This document shows, one piece after another, positions 48,481 to 62,234 of a stretch of 64,000 bases of DNA (its first letter is position 1; each line of letters opens with the position of its first letter). A program made the position numbers and the translations under genes. The DNA is from Sphagnum compactum (Eukaryota): assembly GCA_965153455.1 (NCBI GenBank), contig OZ234493.1, forward strand, positions 19,272,213 to 19,336,212, given 5' to 3'. The notes beneath the pieces are model-generated. The model was given only the letters and a program-made list of their open reading frames with translations. It did no database searches and was not told where the DNA came from.

Positions 48481-50318
48481 TACCATTAATAAATTATTGT
48501 TAATTTAAAAAAGATTATACTAATTTTAAAAATGCGATAACAATCAAAAATTTATTTTTGCAACAAAAGCACATTGGGCCCAAAAATTACAAAATGTTTG
48601 GACATATTGACTATAGTCAAATTGGCAAAAAAAAACATTATTGAAAGTGGACGTGTCAAAATTTATTTGTCCAAGATGACATTTTGGTCAAAATGGATAT
48701 GGGGTAAAAAAATGGAAGGGGGGGGGGGGGGGGGGTGGGGGGTATTGATTTTTCTAGAAAAAAAGGTTGTGTTTGAGTCCGAGTTTGAATTTAAGAATTG
48801 GACTTGATAGGTCTACATGGACCTCCAATCAAACAAAAATAGAATTTGACAAATCTACATGGACTTGGAATTAGCCAAAAATTTGACCTAGACTTGTCTT
48901 TAGAATCAAAATTGATAACTTTTTAGGGATCCAAACCCAACAAAAACTGCACTTGATGGGTCTTAAGGGGTTTTTATAAGGTTTGGTTTTTAGGTTTAGG
49001 TAGCGATAAAGATCCTAAGTTTAGATAATGTTTAAAATTTTATGTTTTAAAGTCATATGTTTAAATTATAAGGTTTTAAAGTCATACGTCCTAGCCTTCA
49101 GCTTTAATATATAAACACATTTCCAATGGTAGCATTAAAATAATCTTCATAAAAATGTTTTGTGATGTTCCTTATGGTGTTCCTTATTGTTGTTTTTGGG
49201 AACATTTTGAAAACCCATTGGGAACTTAAAGGAACACAATGGAAACCTTATGGGAATGTGATTGGAACATTTCTAAAACAATAAAATCTGAAAAATCAAA
49301 GTTGTTTAAAAATCAACTTTTGAACCATCCTTCAAAATAAGCCAAAACCAACCCCAACATAAACCTAGAACCAGCCCTAGTGTAAACCTAGAATTGAAAG
49401 TTCTTATAGAGGTTGGATCCATCAAAGTTGGAATTGATGGTGAAGAAAATTTGATCCAACCCTAAAATCAATGGTTTTTAATTTTTGAAAATATTCTCTA
49501 GACCCAAAATTAGGGACACTTTTCATTTAAAAAAACACTTTGGACCCGGATCGAATGGTTTCTGTAAAAACCAAGAACTAGCCAACATTGGTCTCCACTA
49601 TCTTTGGATGTGAGAAAAATAAAATGTTAATGTGATTCAAAGTTGATTTGGAGTTTATTTATGTTACACCTCATTTTTAGGTATTCCTATTAGTATGAAT
49701 AGTTGTAGTACAAGAATTTAGTAGTTAGATTGCTTGGTTTACAACCAAAATTATAAGTTTTCACTTTACCAATTGGTGATCATCTTGCAATATCATACTT
49801 ACAACTTTTTTTTGGGAGGTGTTTTTTAATTTTGAAATGTTTTCAAATTTGTATTTTTTATTTTTATTTTGATGTTATGTTCAATTTTGTTTTGGAATTT
49901 TTTTGCATTATGGCGGCACAAATATTCGAAACAAAATGTGCAATTTTGTTTTAGTCTAAATACCAAAGCCCATAGCATGTTGTAGATTTAATTTTTTTAA
50001 GTTTAGAAAATATGTCAAAAAATTGTTTTTCATTAGGTAATGTTTCTTTTTAGTTCATTTTTTATAAAAAAAATTCACTCCCAGACCTTGGAGCAATATT
50101 TGGAATGGCCATGGAGTGAGGAGTGCTTAACACTCGGAGATGATGTAACCAAATTATTTGCTAAGTTTATTGTTTAGGGTTACCTTTTTGTTACACCTCC
50201 TAGATTTAGGGTTTAAGACTTGTACCATTTGTTTCTCCATGTTTTGTCAAAAGAATTGGAGCTCCCATCAAAATCTTGGGTTTCACTAGAAATCAAATCC
50301 CAAACCATTGGCTCAAAA

Positions 50319-51558
50319 TTAACATACAAATGATATGGTAATAGCTAGGGCATCTGAAAGCAACCAATATCCTTGTCTATGGTTCAGCACACATTGTTGA
50401 ACCATGGGGCCCAAAGTATTAGCAACAACAAAGGCTATTACCCAAACTTGGGGATTAGGCACACAACCTTGTAAAGCCAATGATTGTTGATTTCCATAAC
50501 AAAGATCAATCACATGCTTAAACTCAATAGTTTCTTGGAATATGACAACTTTTGAAGCAAAACAAGTCTTCACAATAGTTTTTAATTTCTTTGGAAGCAC
50601 CCTTGCTAGCTCACATGCTTTGTGCCATTCTTGCCATCCCTTGACACTTTTCTTAGTCCAAGTAATGGTTTTTGGTAAAATTATTTATGCTTCTTTAATT
50701 GAAAATTGAAGGCATGCCAACACATACTTTAGAGTCATCTATCGCATATTGATAGCATTTAAACATTGCATGACCCCAATAAGAACCTACAAAAAATGTT
50801 GATAATCCCAAAACCTCACAAGACACAACAAATGTTAATGCAGAAGTCATGGTGGCAAGATTGTTCCTTTCATCTTTGACATATGCAAGAACATGAATAT
50901 TCAACCCATGTCTTGCAAACAAATTGTTCACTTGTATTGCCATGGCATTTTCAAATGTGTTAATAGTTTCAAAAAGTATAATGATTACATGACAAGGCTC
51001 CCACTTGTCATTCAAGAAATGAACAATAAGAATAAATGTATCAATACCTTCCCTTGACATCCAAAGATCAAAAGATATAGTGCATGTACTACATGATTGA
51101 AAGGTTAGATAAACAAATCTTTCTTTTGTTCGCTCCGTAATCATAAGCAAAAGTTCATTTTTAAACTTTTCCTTTGATGGGAAATTCAATTGAGGATTTT
51201 GCCTTTGAATTAATCTTCTGAAAAAATGAACCTCAACAAATGACAAAAGCACAATTTTTTTGTGTAATGAACAACACAAAATCTTCTTCAAATTTTTTTT
51301 TATGAAGATCAATTTTATTATAAAAAACCAAATTACCAAAAAAAACAAAAATAGTGTTAAGAGTTGGGTTGCACTTTTTTTTTGCTGGATTTTTTTTCCC
51401 TTCAATCCCATCCTCTTGTTGCTCAATCCATTCATTCCAAAGCTCCCAATGATTGCGCTCCAAATGTTTCTGCAATGCAAAAATTCCATTTGTCGATCTA
51501 TCAAACCTTTTTTTTGTTTAACATTTGGAACAAGTGGATAACACACAACACATTTCAA
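50319..51558 (-). mobile_element. hAT-family transposase relic with BED zinc finger
   Basis: KCVVC...MQKHLERNH (BED-like), TISFDLWMSREGIDTFILIVHFLNDKW (first catalytic Asp region), YVKDE, CxGH-like YWGHAMFKC, KLKTIVKTCFAS. Several frameshifts. Confidence 0.85.
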
Positions 51559-51839
51559 ATGTTCAACTTGTGAAGTTGCATTTGAATTTGAATTTGAACT
51601 TACTTCTAGTGAAGAAAATTTTAATGACTCATAAAATGCCCAAGCTATGGTTGTTCAACTTTTAGGTTTCTAAAAATCTCAATTTTTTGCCAACAAAACC
51701 CATAATTTTGAACAACTTGTGCTTGCAAAATTATGAACATGTGATGTTGATGTTGAAGGCAAATTAAGATCAAAAGCACAAAATTATATTCCTAATTGAA
51801 CCTTTATGATTTCCCCATTAGGATCCATGATCCTATCAC

Positions 51840-52405
51840 ATGAACAAGAATAGAAACCAGGAGAACACGACCATAAACACCAACAAAACCCATGAGAGCA
51901 ACGACCAATAACACCAACAAAGCCCAAGAAAGCACAACCATGAACACCAAAAGCCTAAGAAAGCATGACCATGAATGCCAACAAAGCCCAGGAAAATAAC
52001 AATCACAAACACCAAAAGCCAAGAAGAACAATAATCGTGAACACCAACAAAACCCAAGAGAACAACAACCATGAACATCAACAAAACCTTAAATAACATG
52101 ATCAAGAACACCAGCAGAACATTAAGAGAGCACAACCATGAACACCAAACAAAACCAAGGAGAGCACGACTAAGAACACCAACAAAACCCAAGAGAACAC
52201 AACCATGAACACCAAAAGCCCAAGAAAATAACAACTAGGAACACCAACAAAACACAAGAAAGCAATGACCAAGAACACCAAACAAAGTTGAAGAAAACGA
52301 CAACCAGAAACATCAATAGAACCCAAGAAAACACAACCACAAACACCAAGAGCCTAGGAGAGCAACGACTAAGAACACCAATAGAGCCCATGAGAGCACA
52401 ACCAT
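51840..52405. repeat. Degenerate minisatellite, unit of about 30-33 bp
   Basis: Consensus approximately aagagaacacaaccatgaacaccaacaaaaccc, repeated head to tail upstream of the hAT transposase. Confidence 0.9.
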
Positions 52406-54639
52406 GAGTAATGGCAGGGACAATGTTAAATCTACAACTCACCTTTGAATTTTTTTCCTTTGAGCTTCCTTCCAAGGTTCCTCTTAAGCTCCCAAGCTTA
52501 AATGTTTGACCTTTCATGAAAACACAACCCAAAAAATACCCTCTCAAGTTTCTTGTTTCTGTCCTAAGTTTTGTTGAATGGCTTTTCTTCAACACAACAC
52601 AAATTTCCATGAGCTTCAACCTTCAAAATCATTTCAAGCTTAACCTTTTTGAGCTCAACCCTTAAATTATTTTCAACTTCTATTCCTTGAGCTTGAGCAC
52701 TTCAAAAAAAAAAACATTGTTTGAGCTTGTTCACTAAAGAAAAATAAAATGAACAAGAAGGAAGTGATTCATGAAATAGGCGAAAGGGCAACCATACTAG
52801 TCAAAAGTCAAAACTAGTGGATGCCCAAACCCTAACCTTAAATAAAAACCAAAACATGATTTTGAAAAAAAATCAGTCCAATTATTCTTCCCCATTTGAA
52901 TCCAACCCTTGGGTCAAGTTCTTTTTCTACATACAAGTCGAAGTAACCCCCTTGGTTCCCTCCTAGTCCCATACCCAACCCTACTCCTTGTCGACTCTAG
53001 TTTTATCAATTCTAAAACTTGAATCCGGTTTTGGGTAAGTTCTTTAGAACCAAAACTAGAACCACCAATTCCTACCGCCCCAAGCAGGACCCGTCCAACA
53101 CTAGTATGGACACACACACCTTGCTTGAAACAACAAGTAGCAATATGAAACAATTTTTTTGAAAAGTGGTCACAATGAAGTTTGGTGAAAGAAGAAGAGG
53201 GAAAATGTTTTACATCTCACCATCCACATATAAGACCATGTCAACATCTTACATGTTACACCAAACCATTTTACATTGGATAACCCCAATGGCATGTCAT
53301 GCCATACTATATGAGTAGCAAATATGTTATCATCACATCCAATGTCATACATGTACATGTACATGTACAACCCTTCTTAATCCATTTCCTCAAATCCCCA
53401 TACTAGGTGGATTTGATGGGTGCTTAACTTTTGCTTGCATCATTTTCACCCTTAGGTTGGGTATGAATGTCACAATTTTGATCTTCTTACATTAATCACA
53501 ATGTCCTTTCACAATTGTTCCAATCTTGAATATAACCATGGAATTTCCTCACATTCTTTCCCATTCTTCTATGATATGAATCACTTTGTCAATTTTGATT
53601 ATTTCCAACCAATTCTCCTCCACATGTTCCTTGTTTCTTGGAGTTGTTCCATTTTTTTGGCAAGATTCATAATCAACATTCTAAACATCATGAATGATGA
53701 AAATTGTACAATTGAAATTTGGATTGTGCTTTCAACTACTAGATATAAAACATTTTCTTTAACACAACCAATAAATGAGCATTTCTTGCAATAGTTTTAG
53801 CAAAAAGGTCAAGTTCAAACCTTTAATAGCTCCTCTAGATCCTTAGATTACTCTTTTGGTAGCTAGTCCTTTTCCATGTTTTCCTAAATTTGATTCTTTA
53901 TTTGTTTTTTCATAAACCACTTTTTGAAACTTTTTTTCAACCTTTTCTTCTTTTCATATGCCTTACCTTTATTTTTTTTCAACTAAAATAACTTACACAT
54001 TCACTATCCATCACATGTCACAACATGCTTGCCATTATTTTTTTGAATTTGTTTTCTCAAAAATATAACATAACCAAAGTTTTTTTCTCAATGGTAAAGT
54101 TTTGTGAAATTTTCCAAATTTTAATCAATTAATTTATTTTGGCTTGGGCATGCGTTGGAATTGCATTGGGTGGAATTGGGAGACATTTGGGTTTTTTTTG
54201 GAGGTGGGAAATAGGAGTCAATTGGTGGTTGTTTTGGGGGCAAGATTGGGATGGATATGGGAGATTTAACTTGTTATATTATTCGGGCACATTTGAGGAG
54301 TTTTAGGTGAAGGAAAAACATGCAGATTTAGATCTCCTCCAAAAAAATTAAAGGGGAAGAAGGCCGTTTTTGAAGGCAGTGTAATCATTAATTGAAATCC
54401 TAAACATGAAACCCAATAGCAAAAAACAAACTGGCGTTGATCGTTTAGAAATGTTGGGAATATATTAGATGTTGGAAATAGGTTAGTTTATAACTAGGGT
54501 CCATTAGAGTTTTAAAATAGGCTATGTTTGAAATAGGTTTGATATTTTTAATTTTCGAACCTTTGTAGAAGCAATTTTTTTGGAATAAAAGTTTTTTTTT
54601 TTTTGCCTCATATGACTTTTTCCAAGTTTTTGGGTTGTT

Positions 54640-54966
54640 TTGCATACTGGAACCGGGACCTGGAACCAGTTCAATTTGAAGTTAAGTTTCAAATTTGCAA
54701 ATTTTGGAGTTGTTTTGCATATTGGGACCAGAACTAGGGATTAATTGGAATTGATGGTTATGGAACTGATACCCGGAAGTGATGAAAATTGAAACTCTGT
54801 TGTAGAACCGGGACCAAAACCGCCCCAAAATAATTAACCAAAACCAGGATCAAACCTTGGTTCCTTTTATATATAAAAACGAAACCTAACCAGAACCGGT
54901 TCCTTGAAATTTTAAGGAACTGAAACAGGCTGTTCCCCCTAAAACCGAGGAATCACCCAACACGGT
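54640..54966. mobile_element. Probable hAT-type terminal region with aacc(g/a)g subterminal repeats
   Basis: Multiple gaaccg/gaacca motifs ending in CCCAACACGG. Similar ends occur at about 49590 (caacattgg) and 53103 (caacactag), and there is a similar motif-rich tract at about 62625-63170. Confidence 0.45.
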
Positions 54967-55872
54967 CCATACCTTAGATCCTACAATAATTTTGAAGCTA
55001 ATTGTGAAAAGAAAATATTAGGGTTGGACACCCTACAACTATGTTGGAGTCCCGTGACAAAAAATCTTTGCAGGATTTTGTTGAAGTACATATAAAATAC
55101 AATATATCCTAAAGATGTGGAATCAATTTTGACACTTTCAACAAGGTTTGGATGTTTGGATACCTACAAACACTTCCATGGCTTAAGATGAGGACTCCTT
55201 TTCTCTTTTTTGCTATATAATACATGCCTATAATACATGTCCACTTTTTCTACCTTTTAAAGTTCTTTTTTTGAGGACCTAAGTTATGATCATGGTGCCT
55301 TTTTGGTGTTTGAATGCTACTTTTTCTTCTATGGGGATGATTTCCTCCTCTTTTGAGGACCATGGCTTCTCCTTCTATGGGAAATAGGGGTTTGATTATA
55401 GGTGTTTCTTGGTCGTCCTCTTCTTCTTCTTCTGCTTCGCCTTCTTCGTCTATGGCGAAGCACCTTCTTGGCTCCTCTCATCTGGATTCCCCTCAATACG
55501 CCCACAAAAAACATGGTTTTAAACCTTCCTTCACAGAAAAACCAACTAATCCCCATCTGTTGTGTGAATTTGCCATGGTTGATATGGTGCTATTGTGTGT
55601 GAATTTCATTGTCTTTTAATTTTTTGGGGGGAGAAGAACTTGGAACAATGTGTGTTTTTTTCAGCGTAAAAATGTGGTTTTCCAGCAAAATTTGCCACTT
55701 TTGCAAAATAGAAAAATTGAGTTGAAAAAAATGAAAAAGGAACACTGAGTTCATATAGTTGGAAAGGAGGGTGAAATAATATATTTTGAAAATTGTGAGA
55801 AGAAATCAAAGAGTATTGGGTCTGAAGATTTTGGGCATCTGTGTATCTGCTAAGTGATCATGTTAGCCATGT

Positions 55873-57705
55873 TTAAGAGCAGCCTAATGAAGGTTGAGTA
55901 CAAGACCATACCAGCTTTTCAACTGTTCTATGGACTTTGCTGTACACTTCATCAGAAGGTGGTTTTGATGAGATCTGAAAGCCATCAGAAAAACTTGTTT
56001 TATAAACTTCTCTTTTCCTTTGAACAGAAAAAAAAGATGTCATGTATATACATGATAAAAAATTGAATTTATTTCTGCTAAAAAGAAGGTCATAGTAACA
56101 TAAGGAACTAGGATGACTAAGCTTGAAAATGCTTTTAAGGTCAGTTGATATCAATTGTGTTTGAGGTTTAATCTTTACCCTTTTTAAGACAGATGTGTAC
56201 AATGCAATCACAGGTAAAGTCTCTTTTCGGAAGGTGAGAAATCGTTTTTGGATAATCTTCATGTTATCATCACTACGGCAACTTGTCTCACCGCGCTTCA
56301 ACAACCTCTTCTCAAGTACATCATATGGAGCATGCAAGTATATTACCAGATCTGGCTTTTTCACCTACATATATATATCCAACCCATCAATGTTATGTTG
56401 AGCTTCTGTTATGATCCCAGTGTAGTACACATTTGAGAAAATTCCATCTAGAAAATCGCACTTTGCATAGCACTTGTTTTAGCCCAATTGCAGCCATTTT
56501 GGCTACCACAATAGAAGATCAATCTACAATTCAAGGACTGAAATTGATCTAGAAAACAGAAAGCATGTCCAGAAAACCAGGTGGTAGGATTCAAGAGTAG
56601 AAAGCCACCTCTTTATGGAAAGCTGTAGCTTGATCAATTGCACGAGGAAAGCCATCTATGAGATAGCCTTGACAATCCCTAGATGATGATCCACACATGG
56701 CCTTCTTGAGCAACTCTAGTGACACAGATGTGGGCACTAGTTTCCCCTCTGCCATGAACTTGGAAGACTCCCTTCCAATTTTGCTTCCTTGCTTCACCTC
56801 ATCCCTCAATAGATCCCCAAGTGATAGATGCTGGAGTCCAAAGTCTTTAACAAGCTTGTCACATTGTGTCCCTTTACCAGAACCAGGACCACCTGCAGAT
56901 TTAATCCATCACCCACCATGGTTGTTGTTGTTGTTGTTGTTCCTCTTCATAATAATACATACTATGCATTGAGTTTTGGTTCATTCATGCATCATCTTAC
57001 TCAGATTTGTGTATTGTCTTTTGCGTGCTACTTAAACCGACCTTCCTTACATTTTCCCTTCAGACAGTCAACTATGAAACAAGGGGTGTGTCACACTGTG
57101 GCCTTGCCATTTACACTAAAAAAGTATCTTAAGGCAAAAGAAGAATTATGGAAACTCAAATATTTCACCATGCAAAAATATAATGTTCAAAAAAATCCTC
57201 TAAAAGAAACCAAAATCCTTCAAGATATTATAACTCTGTAACTAATCTCAAGTTTCAACACAAGCCAAAATATCATCTTTGAAAATTCCTCATATAAAAA
57301 TAGATCTATTATTACCTAATGGCCAAAATCCATTAAGCTACTATACACTATAATGAATCTGAAACACAATATCCTTGCCTTGCTAGGCAATACCAACAAA
57401 CACAGATTCATGTTTCCTGGACTTTTCTGAAATTTTTTGCAAAAACCCACTAATGGGCGTCATGCGAAATGCATGTGGCTTGGCTAATTCATATGAAGTT
57501 GGACTAAATTTCCTCCATTACTCTGTGCTTTGTGGCTTGCAAATAATTTGTGCCCTTAGAAGTGATGATCAAAATAAGGAATTGTTACTTTAAGGGGGAT
57601 GGGTAAATAGTACATACCAAGGACAAAAATGACAGGCTTTTTTTTCACCTCACTCGGATCAAGAGAGTTTTCTTTCAAATGATGTTTAGATGATGAGCTA
57701 CCCAT
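55873..57705 (-). CDS. Short-type (AK1-like) adenylate kinase with N-terminal myristoylation motif, 4 exons
   Basis: Exons 57618-57705, 56609-56892, 56179-56364, 55873-55974. MGSSSSK...VIFVLGGPGSGKGTQC, HLSLGDLLRDEV, GKLVP, YLIDGFPRAIDQA, short LID RGETSCRSDDN. Confidence 0.9.
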
Positions 57706-60069
57706 TGCCTTAGAATTTGCAGCTCTTTTTCATTTCCACACTTTGAAGTGTTGATGGTGCGGAATTCCCATGATTGAAAAACACCTCCAAAAACTAATCA
57801 AAAAGTTTTAAAGCCGGGGGCAGCCTTGGGTACTTCATCTTCTTCAACTTCCCCCATCACCACCCCATCTGCAAACCCCTAACCTAAATTGGATCAATCT
57901 ACTTTAGGATTGCAATCTTTTGCAGAAATCTCACAAATTTAGAAAAAAACAGATTTGTGGGTAGAGAGAGAAGAGGGTAATACTGAAATGATTCCTTTTC
58001 ACAAACCTTTTTCCTTCTCTACCCAGTTTGTTTCATGTGGATTATAAGTCACCCAATTTTGAAATGTTTGGGAGAACATTGAAAACACCACATGAATGAA
58101 CAATAGGAGAAGGATATGGTGGGGGTCTTTGCCTCTTGGAGAAATGCCCAAAGGGTGTGTAGGTATGTGTGTGTTTTTGGTTTGTACTACACTTGACCCA
58201 TAATCCCTTGAAAGGATGAAATTTTCACATGATCACAAGTGTTTGATTGTTGTTCCCAAAAAAAATGTTCAGAAATTCATAGCCTAGCAACAATTGTCTC
58301 TCAAATAAGTACAACAAAAGTGATCACAAAAGGTGTTGTTCCCAATGGCTGAATGTAGGTGGCATATGATTACCTCTTCACAAGGAGATGAAAGGGTCAC
58401 TTATTAAATAGGCAAATTATGCATGTTCTCCCATGTTTTATTTGGTCCAATGAGTGATCTCCCCTTTTTATTTTACATTATTTTTTTAATCAACTAAAGA
58501 TTATCACATAACCTTTAAGGATAACAATGGAAACCATGAATCCAACCATGTTGAACATATTTAATGACCTCACAAACATGATTTGTCATGGTTAGTCTCA
58601 TCACAATAGTTGTGTTTGCCCAAACATGCTTGGTGAAACCTAGAATCATACATGCATGTCTATTATCTTAGGGCAATAATAATTTTTATACCATAAAAAT
58701 CGACAACAATACAAACAAATTAATCAATTAAAATTTAATTTCATTATATATATTTTTATTAAATATTCATCAAAGCCTTATTGAAGCTTTTAAAATAACA
58801 TCAAATTAATTTTTAAAATTTATATCTCAACAAAATTATATTAAAATTGACATGTTTTATCTTAGTCAATTCTTGCATAATCTTTCAAATCAATTTTTAA
58901 GAATCTCATTTTAATAAGATTTAAATGAATTGAAGCTAATTATTTGTATGTTTATTAAATAAGTTTCATTTTAGAAATTGGTCATATGATTTTTTCTTTT
59001 TACATTCATAGTGACATCAAACTTCATGATACAAAAAGGCAAGTGACAACCCAAAAAAATGAAATGATATGAAGGCATGATTAAATCAATTACCCAACAT
59101 TCATATTTTGAGAAGAAACCCAACAAGTAGATGGGAAGACTTTAAAACAACCCATCAATTGAATGGGTGCACCCAAAATCTACATATGCACGACCACTAG
59201 CTTGGGGCATTAAAGAAACTAGATTATGGTATTCTACTCCCATTCTCTCACGCACATATAATTGAAAATATGGCATATCTCTTATAACCAAAAAATATAT
59301 ACAAACTTGAAATTATGTAATAGTGTTTTGATATACAAGATTGAGTACACTTACCACTACCCATTTGGATGCAAGTCATTTGATACATAAATCTGATGTC
59401 ATGTAGAAAATTTCTCAAATTTAAATGTTTGGTAGAGCGATGCAATGGTTCCCCAAAAAGTGGTTCCCTAAAACTTTTAATTGTGAACAAAATATCTTGA
59501 CATCATCAAATACTTGAGCATTTGATTGTGTAGCCAACTATGTGGCAACAAGATTTCAAAAGAGAAATTACATGTATAAATTAATGTACATAGGACATTT
59601 CTTGTTTAATTTTGGGGTGCCATTCACAAAAGGGTCCATAAAGACAAAGGTAAATACCTTCATGAGAGGATATCACAAGGTGAAAGCCTCTTCAATGCAA
59701 CTATACATTCAATTCATGAGACTAGAATGTCAATTGACAACACTAACCTAGAAAAATGTTCTTTAGAGACGAAAGGAGTTCACATAATCTCACAATGTTA
59801 GATCAATGATTATGCAACTACTAAGCATAATACAACAACAATTAGTTTGTCATTTCAATACCAAAAATAAATAATAATATTGGAACATTATTAAGGCTTA
59901 CCAAAACAAATAATGTCATTGTTGCATACTACACGAACCTAATGAAAAGTAAGAATATTTATCAACAAGAAGCAACCAAGGAAACAAAACCTACCTATTC
60001 CCCAAAATAAAATAAAATGAAAAAAGAAAGATGGATTAAATATGCAAATGCTAACACCCATGGTCTTTA

Positions 60070-60335
60070 CTGTGGCAAAAAATTTGCCATTTCGTGAAAA
60101 ATAAGAAAAAGGCCCAATAACATCAACAAAGGATTTTTTGGGAACCAAAATTTGCCAGATTTTGAAAAAATAAAATAAAAGTCTATAGATTTCTACCTTA
60201 AGGCTCTAGTAGGTAGTCACAATATAAAATGTTTTGAATAAAATCTATTTTGAGATTTGCTTTGTAGCCAACTAGAATGGTTAAATCTCGTTATTAATGA
60301 TCGTCACTCTCGCAACATTGCAAAAACAAAACAAT
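60070..60335. mobile_element. Copy of the dispersed MITE-like repeat family
   Basis: agtaggtagtcacaatataa and ggttaaatct....atgatcgtcact mirror (reverse complement) the copy at 47539. Confidence 0.5.
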
Positions 60336-61126
60336 CACGGGCTAACACATCGAAGCAACATTGTAGATTGATTCATTGAGGCAAAGCTCACTCTTGAAAC
60401 AAAACAATCAATAGAAAAAGGCTTGCAACCCATTCTACCTTGAAATTTTATTCCAATTCAACTTGAAGTTAACCACATGCAACTAGTTAACTTGCTTCCA
60501 ACTTGGTCAATAGGAATCAAGTTAATTAGGATAAACTTTTGATGCTTACCAAATCAGGTGTTAATAAGAAGTTAATAATATTTTTAGAAATTTAGAAATT
60601 TTCATAAAATATTTTTTCAAAAGAAAAATAAATTTGTGCAGGAAAATAGAGAATATTTTGGAATATTCAGAAATATTCCATCGGACATGAAATCTTCAAA
60701 ATTAATTTATTAATCGACAGACATATGTTGAAGCTGCCCCTGTACTACAGTAATAGTAACATGACCTAAAACATGAGTGTCATATTTATTGACTCTTGAT
60801 CTTACACCAGGAGCTAAGAATTAGATGGGTTAGGATTAGTGAACATTCTCATCCACTTAGAGATCAAAGTGTGTCCATATGGTTTCACACTAGGGTCCAA
60901 GACCCTATGGACTAGGTAACCAGTGAGAGGATGCTGGTTACCATAAACATGGAGCCTATTTCCATTAACCAGTGCCCTCTGGTTGGTTACTGGACATAAC
61001 CATCCCTCATGGGAATCTCTCGTTCCATCCACACAGAGATTGGTTATGAAATATTCATCCAAGGAGCAAAGGGTTATGGAATCATTGGGCAAATGAGAGC
61101 CCCAGGGTAGCCTAGTAGATCACTAA

Positions 61127-61513
61127 GAGCATCTTCAGTGGTGCTCAGTATGTGACCTTGCAAAAATATTTTTCACATCCAAGTTTTAGTTATATACTTT
61201 TTTGCAACCCCACCCATAAAAACGAAACTGGGACAACAAATAAGTGAGGTACTACTACCAATAGCAAACCACCTGGACCAATCATTATGATGGGCGAATC
61301 AGAAACACTGACGAGAAGAAGTCAGATCATATTTATTACACTCCTTTGTGCAGGTGCACATCCTTGCTGCTGCGCCTTGTACCACCCACCGCAGAGTGTG
61401 CAATTATATTGATCCAAGACTATTTTCTCAGCCAAACCGGCATATTTTTTTGACATTTCTTCATCTAATTTTACTGTGCAGGATCACATACTGAGCACTG
61501 TGTGGAGGTGCTC
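61127..61513. mobile_element. Tourist/PIF-Harbinger MITE, family A copy 2
   Basis: TIRs GAGCATCTTCAGTGGTGCTCAGTATGTGA and TCACATACTGAGCACTGTGTGGAGGTGCTC, with TAA TSD. The interior is collinear with 46248-46606. Confidence 0.92.
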
Positions 61514-61742
61514 TAATGCAATGGGGCCAAAAGTTATGGGTTGTAACTTTCCACCTGAACAGCAAATGAGAGTGTCATCCAGATTCTCAAGAGTTTTGTA
61601 GGGCCCCTTAAAATTAGGAGCTGAAAAGAAGTTGCCACTTGTCAAATTTTGGGAGTCCCATGCCACTCCTACGTGACAAATACTAGCCAATGGGGATCAA
61701 GGCCACTTGTCACAAGTTCAGGAAGACTGGTGGGACGCAACC

Positions 61743-61773
<31 letters not shown>

Positions 61774-62234
61774 TATTAGGGTTAGGGTTCGGAGAAGGTG
61801 GTGGACGATTCAAGGATTTGCGAGGACGACGGAGTCCGCGTCGATTTTAGAACTATAAGCATTTGAAATAGATGCGAAGGTTTTGTTTGTTGAGCGAATG
61901 GTTTGCAGCAAAAATTGCGATTGTTTTCTCTTTTGCTTCTTCACCCCTGAATCGGTCTGTTCTCCACATCTACCTTAAATTCCTTTCCGGAAGCTTTCGT
62001 CAATCCGTAAGGAACTTGCCAAGAGGTTCCTCGATTTCGAGAAGAACGAAGAAGACGGTTGCGTACGGGCATCGATGGTGCTAAGGATTTGCTGTAGATT
62101 GATTTAGTCTTTCGGTGCGAATTGCAAAAGAAAAAAAATTATAGGAAGAACGGTGGATCTTGAAGGAAAAGCAAGCAAGGCCCGTGGTGGTTGTGATTGG
62201 ATTGCTTTTTTGGGTCTGAGGAAGGAAAGGCACG

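Noticed and set aside
51840-52405. CRISPR-like array
   Set aside because: The units are contiguous and degenerate with no unique spacers; the context is eukaryotic and there are no cas genes.
51804-52619. Hydrophobic ORFs resembling membrane proteins
   Set aside because: They are translations of a T/G-rich minisatellite strand, open in several frames at once.
55329-55619. Arg-rich (protamine-like) and Ser-rich ORFs
   Set aside because: They are driven by a (ctt)n microsatellite-like tract; there is no splice or homology support.
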